64,000 bases of DNA from the human T2T-CHM13v2.0 reference genome, Homo sapiens (GCF_009914755.1 NC_060931.1), one strand, 5' to 3'. Shown: positions 39,313 to 61,970, numbered from the stretch's first letter. Numbers and translations are program-made. Notes: generated from the letters alone by a model not told the origin.

Positions 39313-40622
39313 CTAAAATAAAAAGTAAAATAAATAAATATTTTGCTTGGAAACCGAGTTCACCATGAGTTTCTTAACAAAAATATGAACTTAACTAATG
39401 AGCTGACCACATCGCTATTAGATGAAATGAGGGTGGCATTATTTACTCAGCACTCCCAGGAGTCAAGGCAGAATGTAATTGCTTCCAGACATATTCAGGG
39501 GATATTCCACCCAATTATCTAATTTTATTCTTCAAAGGCGGCTGTATTTGGAAACTCCCATTGGTCCAGAGAGACAGAACAATGAGAAGAAATCCCCTGT
39601 CCAGTTGCCTGCAGGAGTATTCCAACACTTCATGGGCTAGAGGATTCCATTGAGATGGGGTTTACGTCTTGATTTTGAACACCTGTCAGCACTGTTCTCT
39701 GTTTGCATGGCAATTCTGACCCTTTTATGGCAACAACACCCCTGGGACAACCCAGATTTGTAGATTGAGATCCAAAGGTAGAATTTCCAGACAGTCCAAC
39801 CAAGGTATCAAGTGATGTTTCCAGAGTGGAAGGCTCTCACCGTGTCCCAGGATTTCTGGGGTTTGTAAGCAGTACTGGCCATTTGTGACCCTGTTTTTTA
39901 CCTAATCATTCTGTCTTTTTAGGACATGGTTTTACCCGATCCCTGGCAAAGGATCCAGAATTCCAATAGCTGAAAACCCTGTTATAGCTTTTCTCCTATT
40001 CTGCCTTACCCAAGACACACTTGAACCCCTCAGTAAGGCTATAGAGAGGGCCATGAGCAGGGGCAGCCTCTCCCTTGTTTCTACAGCTCCATGATGAGGG
40101 GTTGACTGAGGCCAGCAATCCTTGTAGGTGTGACAGTTGCAATATAATTAACAGTTTCAAGATCTAGAGGTACCTTTTGAAAGAACCCCTTCAGGGATAT
40201 CTATCCACAGTAGCCTGGAGCAGCCAAGGTGAACCTGAGATTTTGACCCACACAATAAGGGGGGGCCATTCTTTTTCAAATATTTTGGCTTCAGAATACA
40301 CTTCATTACACATGCAAATATTGAGAGATTAACAGAAATTCCAGCTCTTATGCCTAACTGAGAAGAGCCACTGCAAGTTGCAGTTAGGTACCCATGTGCA
40401 GCAGAGGCCAGCTGAATCCCAGAGCTTCCCAAAGTGGACACCAGCGGGGACTATTCCTGATGTCCCACCCAAGAGAGGAAGATGAGCTGAGGCGCTGTTG
40501 CTCTGCCCAAATGCATCCCATGTGCATTCACGTGTCACCCATTCAAAATAACATGGCATTCTTGGAACCTTGTATCTGACATGTAAGACCAGCCTACACA
40601 TTGGGGTGGGTGCAGGGGCTCA

Positions 40623-40940
<318 letters not shown>

Positions 40941-42884
40941 TCATCTGGCCTGTATTGTATTTAGGATCATTTGTATTAGGAGATAGAAATCACAGAGTAA
41001 TTTGAATAACTTATACCTTTAATTAGAGAAGTGAGGGATCAGCAAATAAAGATAACTATAAAGAAATAGGCAGGTCAAGAAAGGGGCTGGAGTAAACTGG
41101 TGACATTTTGGGCTAGCCATTGTGGGAGTGAGAGAGAGGAAACTGCATGAGGACAAACAGAGTAACTGCCAAGCAGCACTGAGGACCTGGATGAAGTGAG
41201 AAAACCAGCTCTGATGAGTTGTAGTAACTCAGATCAGATCAGCTTTTCATTTGTCTCACAAGGCTCAGCGATCAGCATGAGAGAGCGAGAAAGCCAGATA
41301 GCTGGGGGGTCCTGGCAAGATGACGAGTAGAGGCAGTGCTCAAGCAGTGAGCATCAAAGGATGGGGCTAACCTGCAGGAGTGTGGTTGGAATGATGGGAC
41401 CTGGATGAAGTAAAGAAGAAATAAGACGGGCCAGTTTCTGGACTCAGCAACTGGGAAAGGTGTACAGGTCCAAAGCCTGATAGGGTCTGAAAGCAAGCTT
41501 ATGACACAAGGGTGTTGAGGGAGTGAGATGATGGTCATCAGATGCGGATTCTACAAGACTGGATTTTGGATGGGATCAACTCTATCTAACTCTATGAGGG
41601 GAGGTGGCAGTTAGAACCCAGAAGGTGAGAATATCAAATGGGCCATTGTTAGCTGGGCGTGATGGTGTGTACCTGTAATCCCAGCTACTTAGGAGACTGA
41701 GGCAGGAGAATTGCTTGAACCCAGGGGGTGGAGGTTGCAGTGAGCCGAGATCACGCCACTGCACTCTAACCTGGGCAACAGAGCTAGACTTTGTCTCAAA
41801 AAACAAACAAAACAAAACAAAACAAAATCAAATGGGCCATTGTCATGGATGTCCAGCATGGAGACCCACTATGTGCCAAGTGCCCACAAACTATTGGATT
41901 TGAGGAGCAACCTGGAGGTCAGTGGGTGACCAAAATGAGGAAGGGAATGGCTGGACCACACCACTGTTGGCTAGAAATGGCCGAGGAGTAATTGTGAACT
42001 TTATAGTGAACTTGAGTCCAAGCTGCTATTTAACTGTCCAAAAAATGAACAAGCATCATGAGCTGAAATAGAATGTAAAGAAAAATAAGAGGCAGAAATC
42101 AGACTTTTATTTCTTCTAGTTTAGGCTCCAAAGCTTGAGAGAAGTAATACAGAGGGCTTGATTTTTAGAAAACCTTAGAAATGATTAAATAGGTCAGGCG
42201 CGGTGGCTCCGGCCTGTAATCCCAGCACTTTGGGAGGCTGAGGTGGGCGGATCAAGAGGTCAGGAGTTCAAGAGCAGCCTGGCCAACATGGTGAAACTCC
42301 ATCTTTACTAAAAATACAAAAATTAGCCGGGCATGGTGGCACATGCCTGTAATCCCAGCTACTCGGGAGGCTGACGCAGGAGAATCGCTTGAACCCAGGA
42401 GGCAGAGCCTGCACAACTGCATTCCAGCCTGGTGATACAGCAAGACTCCATCTCCAAAAAAAAAAAATAATAATAATAATAATAATGCTTAAATAGATAT
42501 GATCATATTCAGAGCTAAATTTAACCAGAATCTAACATTGTTTTCCAGATGAAGAGTTTGAGAAAGCCGACTAACTAGCCCAGTTGAGTCCCTAGGCTAG
42601 TGGGTAGCAGAGTGGGGACGTGTCTGTGTCCCGAGCCTCGGCATGTCCCTGTGCTGAAGCCCAGGGCCTGGTTCTGCACTGTCAGGTTACCCAGATCCAG
42701 TTACAGAAAAGAAGCCAAAACAACTTGCGGAAAATAAGTCTACAGAAAAGATAAATAATAGTACTCTAATGAATGAACAGACTTGTGACATCTCTTCCCT
42801 GGGGACAGAACAGGAGGATACAGGTTTATATCCCAGCAATAGGGATTCTACATTACAAGGAAAGTTTCTAACTGGGAGATATGA

Positions 42885-43055
<171 letters not shown>

Positions 43056-43501
43056 TAGCTGGGATTACAGGTGTGCACTACCATGCCCAGCTAATTTTTG
43101 TATTTTTAGTAGAGATGGGGTTTCACCATTTGGCCAGAGCTGGTCTCGAACTCCTGACCTCAGGTGATCCATCCACCTCGGCCTCCCAAAGTGCTGGGAT
43201 TACAGGCATGAGCCACCCGCCCTGGTGCTGGATTTTTGCTTAGTCCTATCATTTTCTGAGTCCCGAGAGTTTTCATATTTGGATGAGTGACCAGTCTCAA
43301 AGTCATTTAAGTCCTGCCTAACCTCCAGGACTGTCTGGCATCTTCCTTCTCTTCTTCCTTCCCAGGTGGCTTCACCCTCACAGTCCCTTATGGTGTCAAC
43401 TTGGTGCCATCTTACCAGGTTCTCCCTAGGCTCCCAAACCCTCGCTCCTGCCTGCTTATTCTATATCACCATGTTATTTATTTTTTAAGTAACTATGATT
43501 A

Positions 43502-44035
43502 TGTTATAGGCTTAATTGTGATCCCCACCAAATTTATATGTTGAAGTCCTAACTCCAATACCTCAGAATGTGACTGTATTTAGGAATAGGGTCTCTAAAG
43601 AGGTGAGTTAAGATGATGCCATTAGGGTGGGCCCTAGTCCAATTCGACTGGTGACTTTATAAAAAGAGGAAATTTGGACACACACACAGACACCAAGAAT
43701 GCATGTTCACAGAGAAAAGGCCATGTGAGGACACAGTGAAAAGGTGACCATTTATAAGCCAAGGAGAGAGGCCTCAGGAGAAACCAAACCTGCCAATTCT
43801 GTGATCTGATTTTGGATTTCTTTTGGTTTTTCATGCCTGAGTTTTGTATTTTTTGTAGAGACGGGGTTTTGCCATGTTGGCCAGGCCAGTCTGGAACTCC
43901 TGACCTCAGGTGATCCATCTGCCTTGGCCTTCCAAGGTGCTGAGATTACGGGTGTGAGCCACTGCGCCCAGCCCTTAACTTGGATTTCTAGACTCCATAA
44001 CCAAGAGAAATAAATTTCTGTTGTTTAAGCACCAC
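43502..44035 (+). mobile_element. MLT1-type MaLR LTR with an inserted antisense Alu fragment
   Basis: ATATGTTGAAGTCCTAAC, CAGAATGTGACTGTATTT, AAGCCAAGGAGAGAGGCCTCAG, AATAAATTTCTGTTGTTTAAG. Confidence 0.8.
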
Positions 44036-44199
44036 CCCCCCACCCAAAAAAAAAGAGAAGAAGAATATAGGCCATGAGCGGTGGCATGTGCCTGCAGTCC
44101 AAGCTACTCAGGCAGTTGAGGTGGTAGGATCACCTGAGCCCAGGAGAGATTGGTAGAATGATTTAATGAAAAGGTGGATGACAGAGCCTTGGGAAATGT

Positions 44200-44338
44200 A
44201 AAAAAAATAAGTAAAATAAAATACAACATGATCCATCCATATACTGTCTATAAGAGACTCACTTTAGATACAAAGAAACAAAGAGATTGAAAACAAAAGA
44301 ATGAAAAAATAAATTCCATGCAAAAAGTAACCAAATGA
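44200..44338 (+). mobile_element. Old L1 ORF2 (endonuclease region), left part of a split element
   Basis: TACTGTCTATAAGAGACTCACTTTAGATACAAAG...TTCCATGCAAAAAGTAACCAAATGA; continues at 48501. Confidence 0.75.
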
Positions 44339-45127
44339 GGCTGGGCTTGGTGGCTCATGCCTGGGATGCTGAGACAGGTGGATCACCTGAGGTCAGGAGT
44401 TTGAGACCAGCCTGACAACATGGAGGAACCCCGTCTGTACTAAAAATACAAAATTGGCGGGGCGCAGTGGCTCACGCCTGTAATCCCACCACTTTGGGAG
44501 GCCGAGGCGGGCGGATCACAAGGTCAGGAGATCGAGACCATCCTGGCTAACACGGTGAAACCCCGTCTCTACTAAAAATACAAAAATTAGCCAGGCGTGG
44601 TGGCGGGCACCTGTAATCCTAACACTTTGGGACGCCAAGGGGGGCGGATCAGTTGAGGTCAGAATTCGAAACCAGCCTGGCCATCACGGTGAAACCCTGT
44701 CTCGATTAAAAATACAAGAAAATTAGCTGGGCGTGGTGGTGGGCGCCTGCAATTCCAGCTACTTGGGAGGCTGAGGTGGGAGAATCCCTTCAACCTAGGA
44801 GGCAATGATCCGAGATCGCACCACTGCACTCTAGTATGGGCCACAAAGCGAGACTCCCCCACCAAAAAAAGACAAAAATTAGGCAACCTGTCCAAAAACA
44901 CAGCAGCGATAATTAGCAAAGCTGGGATTCCAACCCAGGCCTATCTCACAGCCACAGCATAGTATTTTCTTTTTTTTCTTGCTGTGACTGCACCTTACGC
45001 CATAGATGGCATCCAGGACGCAGAGCAGTCAGTATTTAGGTACTGTTTTTCACATTCCTTACATGGGAATCACGTCAACAGGATTCAATTTGTGACTCAA
45101 CCATTAATACTTTGTGACACTGGCTAA

Positions 45128-45514
<387 letters not shown>

Positions 45515-45839
45515 TAGAAAAGACGGGGTCCCTGTGTTAGCCAGGATGGTCTCGATTTCCTGACCTCGTGATCCGCCCGCCTCGGCCTTCCAGAGTGCTG
45601 AGATTACAGGCGTGAGCCACCGCGCCCAGCAAGTAAAATTTCTTTTGTAGAGACAGTGATCTTGCTTTGTGGCCCAGGCTGGTCTCGAACTCCTGGCCTC
45701 AAGGAATCCTCCTGCGTGGGTCTTCTAAAGATTCAGCTGCTTTTGGATCAACCGATCGCCTTAAGACCCTTTAACTCGAACAACTGTCACATCCTCGGAT
45801 CCGCGAAGGGCTGAAACTCAAAGAGTTTTTGAAGCGTCC

Positions 45840-47100
45840 CTCGGCGCAGTGGCTCCGCTCCACCTCCCATTCGCGCTACCACCGCGGTCGCAGCGCCAGG
45901 ATCGCCAGGGGGCCAGCGTCGCTCTCCCGCTGCTGCGCGCCGGAAGCCGGAAGCAGGGACTGAGCCACAGACTAGGAAAGGCAGGCTTCTCCGGGGCTCC
46001 CCAGTGCCCTAGCTTTAGCCTGGAGGCCGCCCTCTTCTATTTGCTCTTAGACGTCACGGGGGCACCCCAGTCCCCTCGACCCTTTGGATCCGGCTCACAT
46101 TTCCTCCGGTGAAGAGCCAAAGGCCCCGGAAGTGACGTTTGCACGGCTTGCGTATCGTGCGTGCGCAGGCCGCGCCGGGGGCGGGGCTAGCAGGAGGGTG
46201 TGTGTGGGGCGGGAGCGGACAACGGAGACCAGACCTACTGCAGCCACGCGGGCGAGCGGCTGTGTGGATGTCGGCGAAGCCGCGGGCGAGGTACGGAACG
46301 GACGGACTGGTGTAAGAGCGTCGCGGCTCTCAGCTACGGGAGCGGGGCGGCCGGGCGTCTCGGGCCGTGGGCGGCGGGGCGGTCGGTCCGTGCCCTCCGC
46401 GCGGCTGGGGCAGTTGCGCGTCGGTGCCTCCCGCTGTCCTTCGTCCCACATTCCAGCCCCGTCAGCTCCGCCTTCCCAGTTCCAGGCCGCCCTCGGCTCC
46501 CTTAATCCTCACAGTGCGCGGCTTCTCCGTCTAACGTGCTCGTTGCCGGCATCTCCAGCGCCCGGACAAGCCCTTGAAGGCCTGACGCGGAGCATTTCCC
46601 GGCCGCCTCCCTCTTCGGCGGCTCCCCTCGTCCCGGCTCTCACTTCCCCGTCCAGGACGCTGGCTCCGAAGCAACATTTGTGGTCGCGCGGGGCCCCTCC
46701 CATGACCTCTCTGGAACGCGCCTAGCTGGGACGCTCGGACCCAGACCACAGCTCTTGGCCGCGACAGGGGCGCCGGGACTTGATCCCCCGTCGCCCTGGG
46801 GGGACAGAAGCGTCCCGGAGTTGGGAGGGGATTTGAAGCCTGTGGTCCTGACTTCCACCCCGTGGCTGAGGGCGAGGCTGCAGGGCTGGGGTTAGGAGCA
46901 GAAGTCCCTACTTCCGAACCGTCTGGGAGGAGAGCCGAGAGATGTCCATCACGGCAGTTTAGGGAGAGAGAGGGAGGGACTCTGCCGCTTTGGAGGCTAG
47001 GTCATAGGCAGCTGGCGGTGTCTCAGCGCGGGTGACCAGTCCTTGCGGTTGGGAAATGTGTCGTGGGCGCCCGTGGACTCGTTTTGCCTTTGAGATTAAA
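45840..47100 (+). promoter_or_regulatory. Second CpG-island promoter with a probable non-coding first exon (about 46200-46290); lncRNA or distal RABGEF1-type start
   Basis: CpG-rich; tandem ETS CCGGAAGCCGGAAG 45940-45953; ETS-CRE CCGGAAGTGACGT 46126-46138; NRF1-like TGCGTGCGCA 46158-46167; GC box 46177-46187; candidate donors GAG|GTACGG (46291) and GT|GTAAGA (46312). Confidence 0.8.
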
Positions 47101-48500
47101 TAGGAAATTTTCCCAGGACGAGTTTACCGGAGCACCTTGGGAGTTGGTTTTTGGCTTGGAGAGCTACTTTCCCCCCCTAAACCTAGAACTGCTTTGTTTT
47201 TCTTTATTATATTTTTTGAGATGGGATCTCACAATGTTACCCATGCAGGTGTCAAACTCCTGGCCTTAAGCGATCCTCCCGCCTCGGCCTCCCAGAGTGC
47301 TGGGATTATAGGCGTCAGCTATCGCGCAGCTTTAACTGCTGTTAAAGAGTCCGTTCCTTAAAATTGTTGTACCAAGAAACTTGCCAGAGATGCAAGAAAA
47401 TGTGATTATATTGTTAATATTTAATGATAAATAACATTTTGCTTTTAAGAGTTACTGATTCATATCTGCAGGATTAAGAAATGTTCAGGATTTGAATTTT
47501 TAATGACCTTCCAAGCAGTCATGTTTCTACTCTCTAGAAGTTAGCCAGTTGAGGAGAAGGGACAGTCAAGATACTTTCAAAACAGTGTGGTAAGGAGTGT
47601 GAGCTAAGATGGAGCACCGAGGAGGGAGTCGGGCATTTAGGCCGTGCTGTCGGGCGTGGAGCCTGGAAGGGATCGGGGAATACTTTCTGCATGTGTCTTG
47701 AAGAATGAGTAACATTCAGACTAACAGGGTGGAATGAGGGGAATCAAAGGAGAGGAGGCCAGTAACTACAAGGAGGTGCTTATTTATTTATTTATTGAGA
47801 GAGAGGGTCTCACTTTGTCACCCAGGCTGGAGTACAGTGACACGATCACGAGTCACTGAAGTCTCAACTGCCTGTGCTCAAGGGATCCTCCCACCTCAGC
47901 CTCCCAAGTTGCTGAGACTGCAGATGCGTGCCACCACACCCAGCTGATTTTTAAATATTTTGTAAAGATGGAGTCTTGGTGTGTTGCCCAGGCTGGTCTC
48001 AAACTCCTGGACTCAAGCAATCCTCCCGCCTCAAGTCTCCCAATGTGCTGAAATTACAGGCATCAGCTACTGAGCCTGGAGGGTCGTTATTAAAGTGAAA
48101 AAGTGCAGGACAGAGATCTAGAAGCTTAGGCTTTAATCTGATGGTGACAGAACCAGGGAAGGGTTTTTAGCTGGGTCCCTGTGTGGTTAAAATGGGTCTC
48201 TCTGGCTGGGCGTGGTGGCTCATGCCTGTAATCCCAGCACTTTGGGAGGCCGAGGCGGTCGGATCATGTGGTCAGGAGTTTGAGACCAGCCTGAGCAACA
48301 TGGTGAAACCGTGTCTCTACTAAAAACAGAAAAATTAGCCGGCTGTGATGGCACCTGCTTGTAATCCCAGTTACTCAGGAGGCTGAGGCAGGAGAATTGC
48401 TTGAACCCGAGAGACAGAGGTTGTGGGGAGTCAAGATCACGCCATTGCACTCCAGCCTGGGCAACAAGAGTGAAACTGCATCTCAAAAAAAAAAAAAAAA

Positions 48501-53926
<5,426 letters not shown>

Positions 53927-54369
53927 TCAAGACCAGCCTGTGCAACATAGCGAAACCCCATCTCTACCTAAAATACAAAAATTAGCTGGGTGTGGTGTTA
54001 CACACCTGTGGTTCCAGCTACTTGGGAGGCTGAGGTGAAAGGATCTGGGAAGTTGAGGCTGCAGTGAGACTGGGGTGATCAGGCTGGATAATCCTCTCTC
54101 CCTGTTCCCCTCATTTGGCTGCTCCAGACCCTGAGAAACTTCTACCTGTCCCATGCCAGCTGAGGGTGTCTGAGGAGCTGACATCAACCCCATGGATCTC
54201 CTGAACTGTGCTGGAAGGTAGAGACAGGCAGGGAGGCTTCCCAATGGGTCAGGAGAACCTGACCCCACAAATCAACTGATCTTCAAGAGACAGGATGGAG
54301 GGAGGGATCATTCTAGAGAACCCTGCTCCTTGTTCCTCCCTGTGGCAAAATCTGGCGCCAGGAAGAGTT

Positions 54370-54636
54370 TGAGTGTGTAGGCGTGTGTGTGCAGGTGTAA
54401 GTGTGCAGGCACGTGTGTGCAGGTGTGTATGTACAGCCGTGTGTGCACGCATGTGTGTGCAGGTGTATGTGTGTAGGTGTGCGTGTGCAGGCATGTGTGT
54501 GTAGGTGTGCATCTGCAGGTGTGTATGTACAGACGTGTGTACAGGCATGTGTGTGCAGGTGTGCATGTGCAAGGTGTGTGTTTGCAGGCATGCATGTGCA
54601 GGTGTGCGTGTGCAGGCATGTGTGTGCAGGTGTGTA

Positions 54637-54637
<1 letters not shown>
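54370..54637. repeat. Degenerate TG-rich minisatellite (GTGTGTGCAG-type units)
   Basis: Directly visible repeat. Confidence 0.9.
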
Positions 54638-55733
<1,096 letters not shown>

Positions 55734-56833
55734 TCAAAAAGAAAAAAAAAAAAAAAAAAGCTAACATGAAATGCTGCAGCAGTTTTGAGTAAAATAAGGA
55801 GTGAAAAGAGTTCACAAGATTGATCCACAGAAAGGTCATCGGTGAACCTGAAGAGTTTTGGTGGAATGGGGTGACAGAAACCAGGTTGGAGGACATGAAG
55901 GAGGAAAGTAGTAAGTGAAATGTGTAAACAGTGAACACAGGCAACTCTTAAAATTACTTTGGGCCAGGCGCAGTGACTGACACCTGTAATCCCAGCACTT
56001 TGGGAGGCCGAGGCGGGCAGATTACTTGAGGTCAGGAGTTCAAGACCAGCCTGGACAATATAGCAAGACCTCATCTCTACAGAAGTTTTTTGTTTTTTTT
56101 TTTTTAATTAGTCAAGGGTAGTGGAGTGCCCCTGTAGTCCCAGCTACTCAGGAGGCTGAGGTGGGAGGATTAGCCTCAAACTCCTTGAGCCCAGGAGGTT
56201 GAGGCTGCAGTGAGCCATGATTGTGCCACTACACTGCAGCCCGGGCAACAGAACGAGACCGTGTCTCTTAAATTTAAATTAAAATAGAGAGTGGCTCCCT
56301 ACAGATGGCAACTGCAGCCCCCGCCTCCCCCTGAGCCAGGGCTTTGGGCCCATCTGGCTCCCCTCTGGAGGCCGGCCCATCACGCAGCCAGTGCTGACAG
56401 ATTGGGTGTCTCCGGTGCGCCGGCGGCTGCCGCTTAAGTAGCTTCCTGTCAGGGAGTCAGGGGTCACCTCATCCCCGCTCTGTTCAAAACAGTACTGACC
56501 TCTTCGGGGTGCCTCCCACGCCTGTCTACTGCACGAGCATGTGTTTAGTGTCAACTCTGCGATCCAGACCCTGCCTGGTGACTCTTGGGGGAGCAGCTTC
56601 AGGAGCCCGTGGCCCCCACGGCAGGTGGCTTCTAGGCCAGAGGGGCAGGGTTCCTGCGCTCATGAGCTGGCGAGTCTCGCCATGTGCATCCACTGTATGC
56701 CACACAGACAGGGACCATGTATGTCCCGAGTGCCGGCTTCTTGGTTCCACTGTCTAGAGTCAGGCCCCTGGCTCTGGGCCTCGGCTCTGGGCAAGTCCTT
56801 GTTCTCAGAATTCTTGTTTTTTTTTTTAACTAG

Positions 56834-56989
<156 letters not shown>

Positions 56990-59300
56990 TAGAGGTGGGG
57001 TCTCCCTATGTTGCCCAAGCTGATTTCAAACTCCTGTACTCAAGCGATCTTCTCACCTTGGCTTCCCAAAGTACTGGGATGACAGACGTGAGCCACTGCA
57101 CCTGGCCTAGAATTTTTCTTAACTTCAAGCAGTGTGTCCTGCTGGGGGATGGGATGAGCTAGAAACTGTGGTCCCATGGGGTCAGCAAGGTTTGGAAATG
57201 ATCACAGGGGTTCCCAGGCCAACCTCACCACCTCTGAGCTGAGTGACCCTGGGCGAGTCAGTTCCCTTCCCTGGGACTCAGTCTTCTCCTTTGAAGAAAG
57301 GGTACAAGAGAATCTAGAACATCGTAGGACTTCGGCAAATGTCGGTCCCTTTCCCCCACACTCCAAAGGTGACGTTCCCTGAGACATCTTAGTCTGGGCA
57401 AGTGTGTTGTTGTAGCTTGGGGGGTGGCCTGGTCCCTTGGCCTGTCCTGCTCAGCCAGCAGCCCTTGGCTGGCTCAGTATGGGAGGTTCAGACACGGTCT
57501 CAGTTCTTGACAAGCTCCTAGCCAGAGGAAAGGCGATTTCATTCCGGTGTGATGAGCACTAGTAGAAGAGATGTTAGAACGGAGGGACTGCACGGACCAG
57601 GTGGAGGTCAAGGAAGGCTTCTTGGAGGTGACATAGGAGCTGGCCTGCGAGGCTGAGTGGGAATATTTTGGGTGGAAAGACCACGGAACAAGCATTTCCG
57701 ACAGAGGAAGCAGCTATTGAAGAGGGAAGGTGGTTGTGTGCTGGGGAAACCTATGTGGTTCTCCATGGTCATAACAGGATGCCTGGGGCGTGGGGGGCAG
57801 AATGTCAGCCGGCAAAGTGGGGACCGGAGTACCCGGGAAGCTGGGATGAAGGAGCCTCCTCTGCAGGTAGGGACAGGGCCCTCTGAAGCCGGGGAGGGGA
57901 CGGGGAAATGGGGAAGGGACCACAGTGGAGTCTCTCCAGTTGTGCTTAGAGACCACCTGCCTTCATATCACCCGAGGAGTCCCAAAATGCAGATTCCAGG
58001 GCCTGGGGCTCCACCATCCCAGCTCTGTTGGTTGCAAAAAACCTGGGAGGGAAGAGAGACAGCCCCCTCTTAGCCTAGTCAGGGCCTGGTGCAGTTTGGG
58101 GACTGTTTGCTGAGGGCAACTGAGGCCGAAGTGAGCCAGGCGGGCCCTAGGGTGCCCACCGCACACCCCCTCTGTGCCAGGCTCCCAGCTCAGGGTATTG
58201 GTGGGCACTCCAGTGATGTTTCCTGGCAGGGAGAGGGCTCGTTTCTTGCCTCCTTCTGAGGCAAGTAGGGGCAGATGTTGAGCCTCTGGGGTCCCTGGCC
58301 CAAGGCTGCAGGTCCTGGCTGCTCACAGCCGGCGGGTGGAGCCCTGTCTGGCCAACACCCTTGCTCTTTATCTATGTCTCAGCAAGGGAAGGTACCCAGG
58401 TTAGTGTCCAGCTGGGTGGGCGTCCAGGCTTTGGCAGCAGTGCCAGCCTCCCATCCGGCCCTGGAGATGGTCCCCTGAGTTCCAGGGCTCCTTGGAGAGG
58501 TCAGGATGGGCAGAAATTTGCAGGGGCAGGGAGCTGGCACTGGGGTTGGGGAAGCCTTGGGCAGACACAGCCTCTCCACCACAGTAGGGAGCTGGCCTCA
58601 GGCAGCAAGGCACTGCAGGTGCCCCAGAGACACAGGCTGAACCCCAGACCAGTTGAGCCAGGGTGGGAAATCATATGTCCACTCCAGACAGCCCTGGGGC
58701 TCTGAATTTGCATTTGGGAGCATGCAATTGTCTCCTCCAAGGCTCTGGTGGAGGGGATTTGAAATAATCCCAGCCCAGGGAGGGTGGAGCATAGGGACAG
58801 GGCCCAGAGAGGGTCCAAGGGCACCACAGGAGGTTTGCCACCTGAGCCCGGGGATCAGGAAGGGCTTGGCCAGTGCTGAGCACCCTTAGTGCCTGGCACG
58901 GGCTGAGACTCAGGGGCCGGCCATGCCTCTCCTGAAGCAGTCCCTGTTGGTGGGCAGGCAGGTGGGGTGGGCTGGGGGCTGTGCACAGCCACTCATATCT
59001 TCCCCGTTACTTCATCCATTTTGTTCCCGCTGATCCCTTGTTTATCTCACTGGGAATGCAGCCTCGGTGGAAGATGGGGCCAAGGGAAAGTCCAGAGCCT
59101 GGGCCATCTCCAGCCTCACTCACCCTCCTCCCTCACCTGGTCCCTGGGCTGAGGATCATGGCCCGGCCTGAGAACCCCCAAGGCAGCATGCAGAGGCCGG
59201 GTCTGCACCGAGCCCTGACACTGACAGGCTGTGTGACGACGACTGACAACTAACCCTCTCTGGTTTTACTTTCTGTAAGTGACTTGGGAGGTTGTTCTGA

Positions 59301-59777
<477 letters not shown>

Positions 59778-61369
59778 TAGAGACAGGGTTTTGCTCTGTC
59801 ACCCAAGCTGGAGTACAGTGGTGCAAATATAGCTCACTGCAACCTTGAACTCCTGGACTCAAGTAATCCTCCTGCCTCAGCCTACCGAGTAGCTGGGACC
59901 ATACACCACCATGCCCGGCTAATTGTTTAATTTTTTTGTTTTTAGAAATGGGGTCTGGCTATGTTGCCCAGGCTGATCTCGAACTCCTGGCCTCTAGCCA
60001 TCCTTCTACCTCAGCCTCCGAAAGCGTTGGGATTACAGCCGTGAGCCACCATGCCCAGCCCCACTATCCTATTTTAGACATGAGACTGAGAGAATGGCCG
60101 GGAGTCCCTCCAGCTGGCATCTTGCAACTTGAATTGCTGAGGTTTCAGGTGCAGGGGTGTCCCCAGATGGTTGTGGAGATGGAGACCAGGTTGGAGAAGA
60201 CCCTCTGGAGAGGGGGGGATTGGCATAGGAAGTGAGGGCTATTGTGGGCCGGGGGTGAAAGCCCAGCAGGGCCAGTGTGGGAGAACGTCACTTAGGAAGC
60301 TACCAGAAAGATATGCCAGACTCCTGCCAGGCCTTGTCACTGCAGAGCCCCTGGCAAGAGAGGGACATTTGTGGACCCTGGAGGCTTGCGTGGGATGGGC
60401 CTTAATCCCCACTTTCTTCCCTGGAAGATCACCTCTTAGGCAGAGCAGTGGGCGCAGATGCCATGGCGGGAAGCAGGCCTTTCTGAATTCTTAGCAGCGA
60501 TCTCCAGGGGCACTCTAACCTTGCAAGAAAGAGGCTGCCAGTCTTGCATCAGATGCAGAAACCAGGGCGCAGAGTAGGTGAGTAATCTGCTTAGAGCCAC
60601 ACAGCTGTGAGTAGCAGATCCAAGTGCAACCTGCCTGTCCCAGGAGCTTGCGGGCTAGCTAGACCTTTGCTGCCTAGAAGACCCTCTTGTGAGTCCCCTC
60701 CCTGGGCTCAGCAACCCGGGAGGGCATGACTTCTGGCTGGGTCTTAGGGCTGGAGCCTTGGTGTCCTCTTGTCTTCTTTCCTTGTGTGACTTGGTTTTCC
60801 AGTCTGTGAAATGCGGTGGGTGCATCCAACTCCAAGCCTGTCTCTGCCCTGGGTCCTGGAGCCTGGAGGACGAATGAGGTCATGTTTTTCTAGGAGCTAG
60901 AGCATCTTGGATGGAGAAACCTCGGCAAAGACAAAGGCCCATTGTCCCCCTTCCCCGGCCTTCTGCCAGCTCCTTCCCCAGTCACCAGAGGAGGCCAGCC
61001 CTGCCCACCCCACAGCCCCCAGAGGCTGCCAGGCGCCAATATGGGGTAACTCAGCGCCCCCTCCCTTGCCATTGGTTGACGATGCCTGGAATCCCACCAT
61101 CAGAGCTTTGTTAAGGTTGCTGTGGGATGGGTGGCAGGGAGGCAGCAAAAGACAAGAAGGTGGTGGGGACCTCTGGCTTGTGGATTTCATAATCAGACCT
61201 TTATGGTGGGCTTGGGTAGGAGATCAGGCAATACTAAATAATAATAAAAACAAATTTCACACTTGCTTTTCAGTAGCTTTGGCATGAAACCTTTATAAGC
61301 ATTATCTCAATGAGGCCCACAGAGCTCTGTCAGTCATTAGCCAGGCAGGACAAATAACAGCTTGAACAT

Positions 61370-61970
61370 AATGCGTCCAAAAGTCAACTCTTGGTTCCTT
61401 CCCCAGCCTGCCCCTCCTGTGACTTCCCCGTCTCGGGAAATGGCACCATCATCATCTACCTGGTGGCTCCGGCCAGAAAACAGGGAGGCATCTTTGGATC
61501 ATCTCACCCTCACCACCCACACCCGGGCCACCACCAAGACTCTTCAATTCTACCTCCAAAATAAATCCCTACCCCACTTCCCTCTGTTCTCGTTGCCACC
61601 CCTGTGTCAAGCCATCACCAGCTTGGCCCTGGAGGCCAGCACAGCCTCCTTCCCGCCTCCCTGCCTCCTCTCTACCCCCAACAGCCAGAATAACTTGCAG
61701 AAAATGTAAATCAGGCCCCATCTCATTCTCCTTCTTAAACCGCCCCTTTCCCCAAGGGCTTCCTATTGCATTTGCACCAAAATCGACACCCCCCAAATAG
61801 CTCTGAGGTTCACCATGACCTGGTGCTGCCTCACCTCCTCCAATTTCACTGTCCCCTAGTTCTTTTCCCCTGGAATCTGTGTGTTTGCATAAGCTGTTCC
61901 CTTTGCCTGGATGCTCTTCCCTGCAATTCTTTCCCCACTGGTCCCTTCTCATACTTTAGGTCTCAGCTGG
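61370..61970 (-). mobile_element. L2 LINE fragment
   Basis: Pyrimidine-rich L2 motifs (AATGGCACCATCATC, TTCTACCTCCAAAATA, GCTGTTCCCTTTGCCTGGATGCTCTTCC). Confidence 0.7.

Noticed and set aside
46084-46895. 213-aa and other ORFs in the second CpG island
   Set aside because: Non-ATG starts, GC-driven openness and no recognisable homology
56297-56313. CTCF-like motif CCTACAGATGGCAAC (similar ones near 9929, 44999 and 45903)
   Set aside because: Imperfect matches that are common by chance; needs ChIP data
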